From Candidatus Limnocylindria bacterium (lineage in GTDB: Bacteria > Chloroflexota > Limnocylindria > Limnocylindrales > CSP1-4), in the NCBI GenBank assembly GCA_035514295.1, contig DATKBB010000012.1:21385-85384 (forward strand): DNA of 64,000 nt. Direction: 5' to 3'. Both the position numbers and the translations under genes were made by a program. A model generated the notes under the pieces. That model did no database searches and was not told where the DNA came from. It saw nothing but the letters and a program-made list of their open reading frames with translations. Position 1 is the stretch's first letter; each line of letters starts with the position of its first letter. Below, in pieces: positions 30,780-39,491 of this stretch.

Positions 30780-32015
30780 TCAGGCGCTCCGCGCCGCGCG
30801 GCCCGCTCTACGCTCGTCCGCCCACTTGTCGTGGCGCGGCGCGAAACGTGTGATGACGCCGTCGTCGGCGTAGCGGTCGGCGACCATCAGGTCGAAGGCG
30901 TGGACCATGTCCTCCATCAGCGAGTAGCGGCCGGGGACGTAGGCGCGCGAACGGGTACCTTCCTGCTGGCGCTCGCAGACGGCCCAGTCCTGGCGGTTGG
31001 TCTGGTCCCAGAAGTCGACCGCGTCGGTCGGGTCGAAGTCGGGCCGGGCCATCGTCGCCGGCTCGAAGAACCACTCGCAGATCACGCGCGAGTGCTCGGC
31101 GTCGATCGGCCAGACCTGATGGGTCATGACGTAGTCGGGATGCAGGCTCAGCAGCAGGTTGGGCCAGACGACGAAGTAGTAGATGCGCCGCTGGTCCTCG
31201 CCGGTGATGCCGGCCAACGGCGGCCGGCCATGGCTGTCGCCGTCGGTCGACATCGTCTCGGCCGCCTCGATCAGCTCCATCCAGCCGCCCGCCCACGGGC
31301 CGCGCGACTCCAGGTTGCGGCCCCGATCGTACGGGCTGAGCCGGTTCAGCTGGGGATGCACGCCCGGGCAGTGGTAGCACTCCGAGTAGTTCTCGGCGAT
31401 GACCTTCCAGTTGGCTGCGACGTCGTACTCGATGCGCCGCCCCCGGCGCAGCCGGCCCGGCGCGTGGCGCTCGAGGTGCGCTGGCAGGTCGGCCAGGTAG
31501 CCGGCCAGCGGCGGTGCCTCGGCGTCGAGGTTCACGAAGACGAAGCCCTGCCAGGACTCCAGGCGCACGGGCAGCAAGCCGTAACCGGCCGTCTCGAAGT
31601 CTTGGATCTGCTCGGTGTGCGGCGCGCGGCGCAGGCTTCCGTCGAGCTCGTAAACCCAGGCGTGATAGGGGCACTGGATGCGCACGACCCGGCCGCTGAC
31701 ACCTGTCTCCGGCTCGTCAAGGATGGTCGAGCCTCTGTGCCGGCAGACGTTGTTGAAGGCGCGCAGGACGCCGTCCCGGGCGCGTACGACGATGACGCTC
31801 TCTCCGGCCGACCGAGCCAGCAGGTAGGAGCCTGGCTGGGCGACGTCTTCTTCGCGGCCGACGCACAGCCAGGTTCGCGCGAACCAGGCCTCCTGCTCGT
31901 AGGCGAAGACCTGCGGGTCGTGGAAGACACGCGGGGGCAGGAGCTGGGCCTGGTCGACCGGCCGGCGCACGGCGGCCACCTCTTCTCTGCTCAGGGGGCT
32001 TTCGGGGAGGGTCAT
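30780..32015 (-). CDS. Rieske non-heme iron oxygenase alpha subunit (GbcA/CntA-like, alpha-only type)
   Basis: Rieske CRHRGSTILDEPETG...CPYHAW, and catalytic-domain iron motif ENYSECYHCPGVHPQ (E..E..H-x4-H). Confidence 0.85.
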   Translation of the reverse strand: MTLPESPLSREEVAAVRRPVDQAQLLPPRVFHDPQVFAYEQEAWFARTWLCVGREEDVAQPGSYLLARSAGESVIVVRARDGVLRAFNNVCRHRGSTILDEPETGVSGRVVRIQCPYHAWVYELDGSLRRAPHTEQIQDFETAGYGLLPVRLESWQGFVFVNLDAEAPPLAGYLADLPAHLERHAPGRLRRGRRIEYDVAANWKVIAENYSECYHCPGVHPQLNRLSPYDRGRNLESRGPWAGGWMELIEAAETMSTDGDSHGRPPLAGITGEDQRRIYYFVVWPNLLLSLHPDYVMTHQVWPIDAEHSRVICEWFFEPATMARPDFDPTDAVDFWDQTNRQDWAVCERQQEGTRSRAYVPGRYSLMEDMVHAFDLMVADRYADDGVITRFAPRHDKWADERRAGRAARSA

Positions 32016-32062
32016 CTCTGTGCCCAGCCTAAGGCATGCGCGCCAGATCGGGTGAGCCCGTC

Positions 32063-33754
32063 ATGAGCCCGGCCGGACGACCCCGCTGGCAGATCGTGCT
32101 GCTGGCCGCGCTGCTGGCCGGGTCAGGCCTGGCCCTGCCGGGGGAGCCGGTGGCCGCGGCGCCCGATCCACGAGCCCCTTGCCGCAGCTGGACCAGCGAT
32201 CTCATGCCGCCGCCCAACATCCGCGTCTATCGCAGTCGCGGTCCGGCCACGGGGACAGTCCAGACGGTCGACTTCAGGCGCTACGTGGCGGTGGTGATGG
32301 CCGCCGAGTGGCCGCACTGGATGCCGCGCGAGACCGTCCGTGCCGGAGCACTGGCGGTCAAGCAGTACGGCTGGTACTACACCGTCAACTACCGCGGCTG
32401 GCTGGGCCCGGACGGCCGCTGCTTCCACGTCGTGGACACCAGCAACGACCAGGTCTACTGGCCCGAGCTGCGCATCCCCCACGCCCGCCACCAGGAGGCT
32501 GTCGACGCCTCCTGGCGGGTCAGCCTGCGCACGCCCACCAGCGGGGCCGACAGCCGCCTGACGCTGACCATCTACCGGCGCGGCTCGAGCGTGGCCTGCG
32601 GCGCAGACCGCGACGGTCGCAAGATGTTCCAGTTGAGCTCGCGCGCCTGCGGCTTCGCCGGCCTGACGGCCAAGCAGATCCTGCGCACCTACTACGGACC
32701 GCAGCTCGAGTTCGTCGACGTCCGCCCGCACGACATCCTGGCCGACGCCGGCTGGCGCGGCGACGTGGCGGCCCTCTCGGGCAAGGCCGGCAGCGGGCGA
32801 ACGTCCTGGCACGTCTACGCCGCCACGGCCGGTGGTCTGCGCCGGCCCGTCTCGGGCTCCCTTGCCATGGACCGGGCCCAGATCCTGGACAGCGCCACGG
32901 CCGACGTGACCGGTGACGGCCTGTCCGACCTGGTACTGCTCGTCAGGGTGGGCCGGCTCGGGCGCCAGCTGATCGTGTTGAAGGCCACCGGCCGGGGCTA
33001 TGGCGCTCCCCGCCTGTGGAGCGGCTGGCGCGAGAGCGACGCTGCCCAGGCCAGACGCCTGCTGCTGGCCGACTTCACGGGCGACGGGCTGGCCGACGCG
33101 GGCGTCCTGCGCTCGCTGCGGCAACCGCGGGCGCCCTACCCGCGAGCCACGCTGCAGGTCAGGCCGGCTCTGCCGACGGGCGGTTTTGGTGACGAGGTGC
33201 GCTGGTGGAGCGGCGGCTTCGACCCGACCCTCAACGCGGCTTACGCCGCCGACGTGACGGGCGACGGACGGGCGGACCTCGTCGTCAGCCAGGACAGGGG
33301 AGCCAGGGGCCTGCGCCTGTGGGTGATGGCCTCGCGGACCGGGCGAAACGGCTTGGCCGCGGCGCGGGCGTGGCTGGACAGGCCGGGCTGGCGGGCGGCG
33401 ACGACCATGCTGCTGCCCATCGACGAGAACCGCGACGGCCGCGACGACCTGTTCGCCATCGTGCCTCGCGGCAGCCAGGGCATCGCCGTGCATGCCCTGC
33501 GGGCGCAGTCGCGCGGCTCGTTCGCAGTCTCGCAGCGCTGGCAGTCACCGGCCGGCAGGCGGCTGCCCTTCGGCCAGTTGCGGGCAGTGGCGCTGCACGT
33601 CGACAGCGACGGCCGGGGCGACCTGGCTCTCTTCAGCCGGGCCGGCACGCGCGACGTGAGCGTCTTCTGGCTGCGCACGACCGATACGGGTATGGAGGCA
33701 GGCCGGGCACTGCGCCACGCGGGGCTGCGCTGGGCGGGCCTGCGCCCGTACTAG
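32063..33754 (+). CDS. SpoIID/LytB domain protein fused to FG-GAP/VCBS repeats
   Basis: Signal peptide, and SpoIID-like core YVAVVMAAEWPHWMPRETVRAGALAVKQYGWYY. Repeated D.TGDG..D.. FG-GAP-like motifs (ADVTGDGLSDLV, ADFTGDGLADAG, ADVTGDGRADLV...). Confidence 0.65.
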   Translation: MSPAGRPRWQIVLLAALLAGSGLALPGEPVAAAPDPRAPCRSWTSDLMPPPNIRVYRSRGPATGTVQTVDFRRYVAVVMAAEWPHWMPRETVRAGALAVKQYGWYYTVNYRGWLGPDGRCFHVVDTSNDQVYWPELRIPHARHQEAVDASWRVSLRTPTSGADSRLTLTIYRRGSSVACGADRDGRKMFQLSSRACGFAGLTAKQILRTYYGPQLEFVDVRPHDILADAGWRGDVAALSGKAGSGRTSWHVYAATAGGLRRPVSGSLAMDRAQILDSATADVTGDGLSDLVLLVRVGRLGRQLIVLKATGRGYGAPRLWSGWRESDAAQARRLLLADFTGDGLADAGVLRSLRQPRAPYPRATLQVRPALPTGGFGDEVRWWSGGFDPTLNAAYAADVTGDGRADLVVSQDRGARGLRLWVMASRTGRNGLAAARAWLDRPGWRAATTMLLPIDENRDGRDDLFAIVPRGSQGIAVHALRAQSRGSFAVSQRWQSPAGRRLPFGQLRAVALHVDSDGRGDLALFSRAGTRDVSVFWLRTTDTGMEAGRALRHAGLRWAGLRPY

Positions 33755-33781
33755 GACTTGCCGGGGAGCGGACCAGCCGGC

Positions 33782-34138
33782 CTAACCCTCGGCAAGCCAC
33801 GTCCGCCAGGCGTCCTCGTCGACACCAACGGAGAGGCGCGTGCCCCAGCGGACCAACGGTAGGCGCAGCAAACGTGGATCGGCCAGCACCCGCTCGAAGG
33901 CCCCTTCCTCGTCGAGGCGCATGTAGGCCAGCCCGGCTGCGGAGTACGCCCGGCTCGCAGGGTCGAGCAGACCCAGGCTGCCGAAGCGCTGGCTGAAGCG
34001 GCGCAGCTCCGCCGGCGCGGGAGGCCGTTGTACAAGATCCACGAAGCTGATCTCGACGCGTCGCTCTTTGAAGAAGCGCAGCGCCTTTTGCGTCTCGCGC
34101 GAGTCCCTGCGCCCGAAAATCTGAATCGCCTGAGGCAG
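33782..34138 (-). CDS. ArsC/Spx/YffB-fold protein lacking the redox cysteines; probable non-canonical (CTG/ATT) start
   Basis: The ORF track calls only 33782..34042 (GTG start). The same frame reads upstream, with no stop, through ...LPQAIQIFGRRDSRETQKALRFFKERRVEISFVDL. This is the N-terminal beta-alpha-beta of the ArsC/Spx fold, with Cys->Asp/Glu substitutions. No ATG/GTG/TTG is present before the in-frame stop at 34229. Confidence 0.45.
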   Translation of the reverse strand: MPQAIQIFGRRDSRETQKALRFFKERRVEISFVDLVQRPPAPAELRRFSQRFGSLGLLDPASRAYSAAGLAYMRLDEEGAFERVLADPRLLRLPLVRWGTRLSVGVDEDAWRTWLAEG

Positions 34139-34149
34139 CGGTTTTCCCC

Positions 34150-34488
34150 TCAGCCCTCGCGTTGGGCCGGCTTGCGTCCCCGCCGCGAGCGGCGATCCGG
34201 CGTAGCCAACCCGACGAGCCAGCCGCGCTCAGACTTTCGTATCACTATTTCTTTACCCTGATCCTCTGCCGCACGCATTAGGCGCTGGCGAATCGTGATG
34301 GGCTTCTCGTTGCCATCGAGCCGCACTTCAAAGACGTCGTCGCGCTCCTTCAACCGGCCGAGCATGCGCGCGAACTGTCGCTGTTGTGCAAGTCTCTCGC
34401 GCGCTCGGGGACTCATCTCTCGCGTGCTTGCGCTGCGAGTCTTGGGCTTGTCGAGCATGGTCACGTCGACCTGCCGGATCTTTACCAT
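34150..34488 (-). CDS. hypothetical basic protein (112 aa), possible nucleic-acid binding
   Basis: Strong SD AAGGAGG 5 nt upstream of ATG 34488 and a basic C-terminus (RRSRRGRKPAQREG). Its stop TGA is embedded in GAGGGG directly upstream of the ArsC-like gene. Confidence 0.55.
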   Translation of the reverse strand: MVKIRQVDVTMLDKPKTRSASTREMSPRARERLAQQRQFARMLGRLKERDDVFEVRLDGNEKPITIRQRLMRAAEDQGKEIVIRKSERGWLVGLATPDRRSRRGRKPAQREG

Positions 34489-34518
34489 CGGGGCCTCCTT
34501 TCGTGCTGTGGCACCACT

Positions 34519-34530
34519 ACGATATATCGT
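34519..34530. promoter_or_regulatory. perfect AT-rich palindrome ACGATATATCGT in the 65 bp divergent promoter region
   Basis: Read directly. It is the only AT-rich 12-mer palindrome seen in this GC-rich window, and it sits between divergent starts 34488 (-) and 34554 (+). Confidence 0.35.
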
Positions 34531-34553
34531 ATCCAGGCAGGAGTCATCCGAAA

Positions 34554-35459
34554 ATGAAAATCGGCGTCATAGTTCCACAGGGTTGGGTTCTCGAATACGT
34601 CGGTTGGGACAGTCAGGCTGCATGGGCCCGTTCACGCGACGTAGCCTGGCAGGCCGAAGCCCTGGGCTTTGAATCCATCTGGCTTTATGACCACTTCCAC
34701 ACGACGCCACAGAGCCGCGAGGAAATTACATTTGAGGCGTTCACGACGCTCGCTGCACTGGCCGCCGAAACGCGGCGCGTCAGGCTGGGCCACGTGGTGC
34801 TCTGCGCCGGCTACCGGAACCCCGCCCTGACGGCCAAGATGATCAGCACGCTGGACGTGATCAGCGGCGGGCGCGCTGAGCTGGGCATTGGGGCGGGCTG
34901 GAAGCGCGACGAGTGGGAGGCCTACGGCTACGGCTTCCCTCCGGCTCGCGAGCGGCTGCAAATGCTCGAGGACCAGTTGCAGATCCTGCGCGCGATGATG
35001 GGCCCGGGCCGGGCCACCCAGCGCGGCAGGCGCCACTCCGTGGACGGCGCCATAAACGTGCCCAAGCCGCTCCAGCAGCCGCGCGTTCCGATCATGGTCG
35101 GTGGCAACGGCCCCAACGTAACCTGGCGGCTGGCGGCGCGCTACGCCGACGAGCTGAACCTCGACGGGCTGTCGCCCGCCGAGGTGGCCAAGGCACTGCC
35201 CACCATCCGGCAGCGCTGCGAGGAGATCGAGCGCGACCCGGCGACTTTGGCCGTGTCGGTGCACGTCTGGCAGTCCGATTTGGCCGAGCAGGGTGCTGCG
35301 CGCTCAGATCTGGTGAACGCCTACCGCGAGCTGGGCGTGTCGCGCGTGATCGGATTGCTGCGCGCCAGCGTGGACAGCGACGAGGCGCTGGCCGCCTGGG
35401 CTGACGATGCTCGCCAGGGCGGTGCGGAGCTGGCCGAGAGCCACGCCCTGGGCTCCTGA
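34554..35459 (+). CDS. LLM-class F420-dependent oxidoreductase
   Basis: MKIGVIVPQGW...ALGFESIWLYDHFH... luciferase-like. AGGAG RBS 10 nt upstream of ATG 34554; the ORF-track N-terminal extension is rejected. Confidence 0.8.
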   Translation: MKIGVIVPQGWVLEYVGWDSQAAWARSRDVAWQAEALGFESIWLYDHFHTTPQSREEITFEAFTTLAALAAETRRVRLGHVVLCAGYRNPALTAKMISTLDVISGGRAELGIGAGWKRDEWEAYGYGFPPARERLQMLEDQLQILRAMMGPGRATQRGRRHSVDGAINVPKPLQQPRVPIMVGGNGPNVTWRLAARYADELNLDGLSPAEVAKALPTIRQRCEEIERDPATLAVSVHVWQSDLAEQGAARSDLVNAYRELGVSRVIGLLRASVDSDEALAAWADDARQGGAELAESHALGS

Positions 35460-35506
35460 GCCCTCGCCGGCCACTACGGGCCGGCTCGCTTTAGACTCGC
35501 TGCGGG

Positions 35507-36913
35507 ATGAAACGTCACCTCGTTCCCGCGCTGCCGGCCGCACTCCTGCTTACGGCTGCCCTGCCCGCCCATGCTCTGGCGCACGTCCTGGGCGAGCAGT
35601 ACCAGGCGCCCCTGCCGCTGATCGCATACGTCGTTGGAGCGGCCATCGCGGTGGCCATGTCGTTCGCCTTCGTGATGCTGCGCAACCCGCCTTCGGCAGA
35701 GCCGGAAACCGCTTCCGCGCCGCGACGGGTACCAGCCTGGCTGCGCGGCGGCCTGCGCCTGGCAGGCATCCTGGGCTGGCTGTGGATCGTCGTCCAGACG
35801 GCCGCGGGAGGCTCGGGCGACGCGGATGTCGCGTCGCTGTTCCTATGGGTCTACGGCTGGGTCGGGCTGGCCCTGCTCTCGGCACTGCTGGGGCCTGCGT
35901 GGTCGTGGCTCGACCCGTTCAGCACGCTGCATGCCAGCCTGTCCTGGATCGGGCGACGGCTGGGGCTGTCGGGTGGTGCGGCACGCACTTATCCACGGGC
36001 GCTGGGCAAGTGGCCGGCGGTCGTCGGCTTCTCTTTCTTCGTCTGGCTGGAACTGGTGGCGCGCGTGGAGGGTGGGCGCAGCCTGGGTATCGTGCTCATC
36101 GGCTACACGCTCATCACGCTGGCCGGCATGCTCTACTACGGCCGCGACGCGTGGCGCAGCCAGGCGGAGGTCTTCTCGGTCTGGTTCGGATTGCTTGGCC
36201 GCCTGGCGCCGTACGAGCTGGTCGGCCGGCTCGAGGACGGCCTGGTCCGCCGCCGGCCCTTTGCCGGCGGCCTGGCCGGTCGCTGGAGCAGGGCGGAGCT
36301 TGTGCTCGTCGCGCTGGGCACGGGCTCGATCATCTTCGACGGCCTCTCACAGACCCAGATCTACTTCGACCTCATCCGCCGCCCGGCCTGGTTTCGTCTG
36401 CCGGCGATGACCATCGATGCGATCGTGGCGGCCGCGTTCCTGTTGCTGGTCGTGTGCCTGGTGTTGGCCGTTGCCGCGCGCCTGGGCAGACCGGCGCTGG
36501 GTGCCGGGCTGCTGCCGGTGGCCGTGGGCTACCTGGTCGCGCACTACCTGCTGTACCTGCTGGTCGACGGCCAGCGCATCGTCAACGCGCTCAACGATCC
36601 GCTGCAGCGAGGCGACAACCTGCTGCCCTTCGACCTGGGCTTCTACGAGCCGGTCCTCTTCCTGCCCACGGCCATCGTCTGGACGATCCAGCTGGCGGCC
36701 GTCGTTGGTGGGCACGTGCTGGGGGCGTGGGCCGGGCACACCGCCTTGACGGCCGGCGGAAGCGCCGTGGCGCCGCTCCATCAGGTGCCTCTTGCGGCGC
36801 TGATGGTGCTGCTCACCTCGCTCACGCTCTGGTCGCTGGGCCAGGCCGTGATCATCGATCCCGAGGCCGGTGCCGTGCTGCCAGTGATACCGGCTCTGCA
36901 TGTCCGACCCTAG
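35507..36913 (+). CDS. polytopic integral membrane protein of unknown function (468 aa)
   Basis: Signal-like N-terminus plus at least 8 hydrophobic helices. No recognised motif. Confidence 0.5.
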   Translation: MKRHLVPALPAALLLTAALPAHALAHVLGEQYQAPLPLIAYVVGAAIAVAMSFAFVMLRNPPSAEPETASAPRRVPAWLRGGLRLAGILGWLWIVVQTAAGGSGDADVASLFLWVYGWVGLALLSALLGPAWSWLDPFSTLHASLSWIGRRLGLSGGAARTYPRALGKWPAVVGFSFFVWLELVARVEGGRSLGIVLIGYTLITLAGMLYYGRDAWRSQAEVFSVWFGLLGRLAPYELVGRLEDGLVRRRPFAGGLAGRWSRAELVLVALGTGSIIFDGLSQTQIYFDLIRRPAWFRLPAMTIDAIVAAAFLLLVVCLVLAVAARLGRPALGAGLLPVAVGYLVAHYLLYLLVDGQRIVNALNDPLQRGDNLLPFDLGFYEPVLFLPTAIVWTIQLAAVVGGHVLGAWAGHTALTAGGSAVAPLHQVPLAALMVLLTSLTLWSLGQAVIIDPEAGAVLPVIPALHVRP

Positions 36914-37811
36914 CCCGCGCCGGCTGCGCGTCCGACTGGCCGCCGGCAGCCGACCGGGACTGACAGTGGGTCCCCTGCGCCAGGGCCCGGGCGATCCCAC
37001 GATGCGCCTCGAGGGCCCGACCATGGTGCGAGCGACACGCACCGCCCTTGGGCCGGCCAGCCTGCGCCTGCGCTGGGCGGGGGACGAGGTGGCCGCCGAG
37101 GCTTGGGGGCCGGGCGCAAGCTCGGTGCTGGCCGCCCTGCCCGCCCTCCTGGGTGAGCTCGACGACCCAAGCCGTCTCACTCCCCAGCATGTCTTCGTCG
37201 GCGAGCTGGCGCGCCGCTTCGCCGGCCTGCGCATGACGCGGGGGACGGCGGTCTATGAGTTGCTGCTGCCCACGATCATCGCCCAGAAGGTCAGTTCCCA
37301 CGAAGCGCTGCCCAGCTACTGGGCGCTGGTGCGCCGCTTCGGGGACGCTGCCCCTGGACCGCTCGGGCTTATGCTGCCGCCCTCGCCGGAGGCGCTGGCC
37401 CGGCTGCCGTACCACTCGCTCCACCCGCTGGGCATCGAGCGGCGGCGGGCGGACGCACTGCGCGAGGCGGCCAGGGTGGCCGGCCAGCTCGAGCGCGCCG
37501 CGGCCAGCTCGGCCCAGGACCTGCGGCGGGCGCTCACCAGCCTGCCGGGAATCGGCAGCTGGACCGCGGCGGAGGTCGTTCGTCTGGCGCTCGGCGATCC
37601 GGATGAGGTCAGCGTTGGCGACTACAACCTGCCCAGCCTGGTGTCGTGGACGCTGGCCGGCGAGCGCCGCGCCGACGACTCGCGCATGCTCGAGCTGCTG
37701 GAGCCGTACCGAGGGCAGCGGGCACGGGTGGTGCTGTTGCTGGAGCTCAGCGGCCGGTATCCGCCGCGCCATGGTCCGCGCCTGGCGGCGCGCCGCATCC
37801 GCGCGCTCTAG
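36900..37811 (+). CDS. DNA-3-methyladenine glycosylase 2 (AlkA-like, HhH-GPD) family protein
   Basis: HhH motif LTSLPGIGSWTAAEVV followed by a Gly/Pro..Asp loop. Overlaps the previous gene by 14 nt. Confidence 0.7.
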   Translation: MSDPSPRRLRVRLAAGSRPGLTVGPLRQGPGDPTMRLEGPTMVRATRTALGPASLRLRWAGDEVAAEAWGPGASSVLAALPALLGELDDPSRLTPQHVFVGELARRFAGLRMTRGTAVYELLLPTIIAQKVSSHEALPSYWALVRRFGDAAPGPLGLMLPPSPEALARLPYHSLHPLGIERRRADALREAARVAGQLERAAASSAQDLRRALTSLPGIGSWTAAEVVRLALGDPDEVSVGDYNLPSLVSWTLAGERRADDSRMLELLEPYRGQRARVVLLLELSGRYPPRHGPRLAARRIRAL

Positions 37812-38040
37812 GCCGACCCGCCTCAGGCGGCCGGGCGGTCGGGCGGGGGCTCCTCCAACTCGGCGATGGCGATCTCGATGCGGGCCACCTCTTCGGCGGC
37901 AGCGCGGAAGGCCTCGCTGCCCAGCGGCGCCTGCTCCCTCCGCCGGCGAGCCTCGGCATGCTGCTGCATCAGCTGGGTGCGGTCCGGCGTTCCCGGCACG
38001 CCTGCCGGCTTCCCGCTGCGTGGCTCGCGCCCCGGTCCGC

Positions 38041-39489
38041 TCACGAGAGTGGCACCAGCAACCGTCCGTCCACCCAACCTTGCCAGCCGTTCGAGGCGAC
38101 CACGCGGGACCAGGCGCCTGCCTGCTCGAACACGCGCAGGGGCAGACCGGCGGCCAGCGTGACGACCGGCGGGCGGCTCGGATCGGGTACGTCCCAGGCC
38201 GCCATACCTGTGGCCGGCACCTGGTGCGTGGGTGTCCAGGCATGGGCCGCGGGCGGGGGCGGCGCCTGGAAGGCTGCCGGCATGGCACCGCCGGCCGGCG
38301 CGGCAACGTCGGGCAGTGCCTGCAACTCGGCGCGCACACCGCGGATCAGCTCGCGCTGGGCGAGGATGTCCGGGTGCTCGTCGGAATGGGTTCGGGTGCG
38401 AATCATGGCCAGGTTGATCTGCTCGCGCTGCAGGCGGCCCATCAGCTTGGCGCCCTGCGGGCCTTTGCGCTGACCGGCCTGCCGCCGTGCGCGCCAACGG
38501 CTGCGCAGGCCGCCCAGCTCGGCCAGCTCCTGTGGCGTCAGCACGTCGTCCTCCACGTGGCCCTCCGTGGCCACCTTGAACCAGTGGTGCTCCCGGCGTT
38601 GGGCGAGCAAGACCATCAGGCCCAGGAAGATGAAGAACGGGCTGCCCTTGATCAGGCCGAAGAGGATCTGCCCGGGCAGGCCCTCGCCGACCAGGCCGGC
38701 CAGCAGCGGTGAGTTCCAGATGAAATGAGCGACGACGGCCAGCGCGAACAGGCCGAGCATGACCAGCAGCCGCTTGCTGTGCGGCTGGTCGTGCCGAGTC
38801 GCGTAGTAACCCAGCCCGATTCCGGCGATGCCGGACCACAGCACGTGCATGTAGGCACCCACGACGATGGCGCGCAGGAAGAACATCTGCAGCACCGGGC
38901 CGATCTGGTCGCCGCCGCCGCTGCTTGCGATCGCGCCCACGAAGTACTGCACGTTCTCGACTGCGGCGAAGCCCAGCCCGACCATCGCGCCGTAGATGAA
39001 GCCGTCGAAAATCCCGTCGATCTCGTAACGCGCGATGAGAAAGATGACGATCATGCCCAGGAACTTGAAGAGCTCCTCGACGGGCGGCGCCGCCAGGGCT
39101 GCACCCCACTCCTGGGCCAGGCGGACACCGCCCAGCTTGGACAGGATCTCGATGACCGCGCCATTGGTAGGACCGGAAAGCCCGATGGCGATAACGCCGC
39201 CCCACACGAACGCGGCTATCAGCAGCGATAGAGGCTCACGCTCGAAGAGGTCGAGGAAGTAGATGGCCAGTGCGACCGGCACGACGTAAAGGGTCAGCAA
39301 GAAGATGCTGAACATCCAGCCGGCGGGGAAGACATCGAGGTAGAGCAATTGCTCGTTGAGGACCGCCAGCGAGGTGAAGATGAGCAGCACGATGAACAGC
39401 CAGAAGGCCGGCTGGTGGCGCTGGAAGAAGGACACCTGCCGCCCCCAGCTGGGCAGCCGCTGGACCGTCGGTGCCGGTGCCTGTTCCAT
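38041..39489 (-). CDS. PrsW-family intramembrane glutamic protease with C-terminal bacterial SH3 domain
   Basis: PrsW signature motifs PVEELFKF, AAVENVQYF and VAHFIWN within a multi-TM core. C-terminal WDVPDPSRPPVVTLAAGLPLRVFEQAGAWSRVVASNGWQGWVDGRLLVP is SH3b-like. Confidence 0.75.
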   Translation of the reverse strand: MEQAPAPTVQRLPSWGRQVSFFQRHQPAFWLFIVLLIFTSLAVLNEQLLYLDVFPAGWMFSIFLLTLYVVPVALAIYFLDLFEREPLSLLIAAFVWGGVIAIGLSGPTNGAVIEILSKLGGVRLAQEWGAALAAPPVEELFKFLGMIVIFLIARYEIDGIFDGFIYGAMVGLGFAAVENVQYFVGAIASSGGGDQIGPVLQMFFLRAIVVGAYMHVLWSGIAGIGLGYYATRHDQPHSKRLLVMLGLFALAVVAHFIWNSPLLAGLVGEGLPGQILFGLIKGSPFFIFLGLMVLLAQRREHHWFKVATEGHVEDDVLTPQELAELGGLRSRWRARRQAGQRKGPQGAKLMGRLQREQINLAMIRTRTHSDEHPDILAQRELIRGVRAELQALPDVAAPAGGAMPAAFQAPPPPAAHAWTPTHQVPATGMAAWDVPDPSRPPVVTLAAGLPLRVFEQAGAWSRVVASNGWQGWVDGRLLVPLS

Positions 39490-39491
39490 CT

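Noticed and set aside
37823-39205. 460-aa minus-strand ORF
   Set aside because: It lies out of frame over prsW and has no motifs. Only its 3' tail downstream of the prsW stop looks coding (reported separately as a small-ORF candidate).
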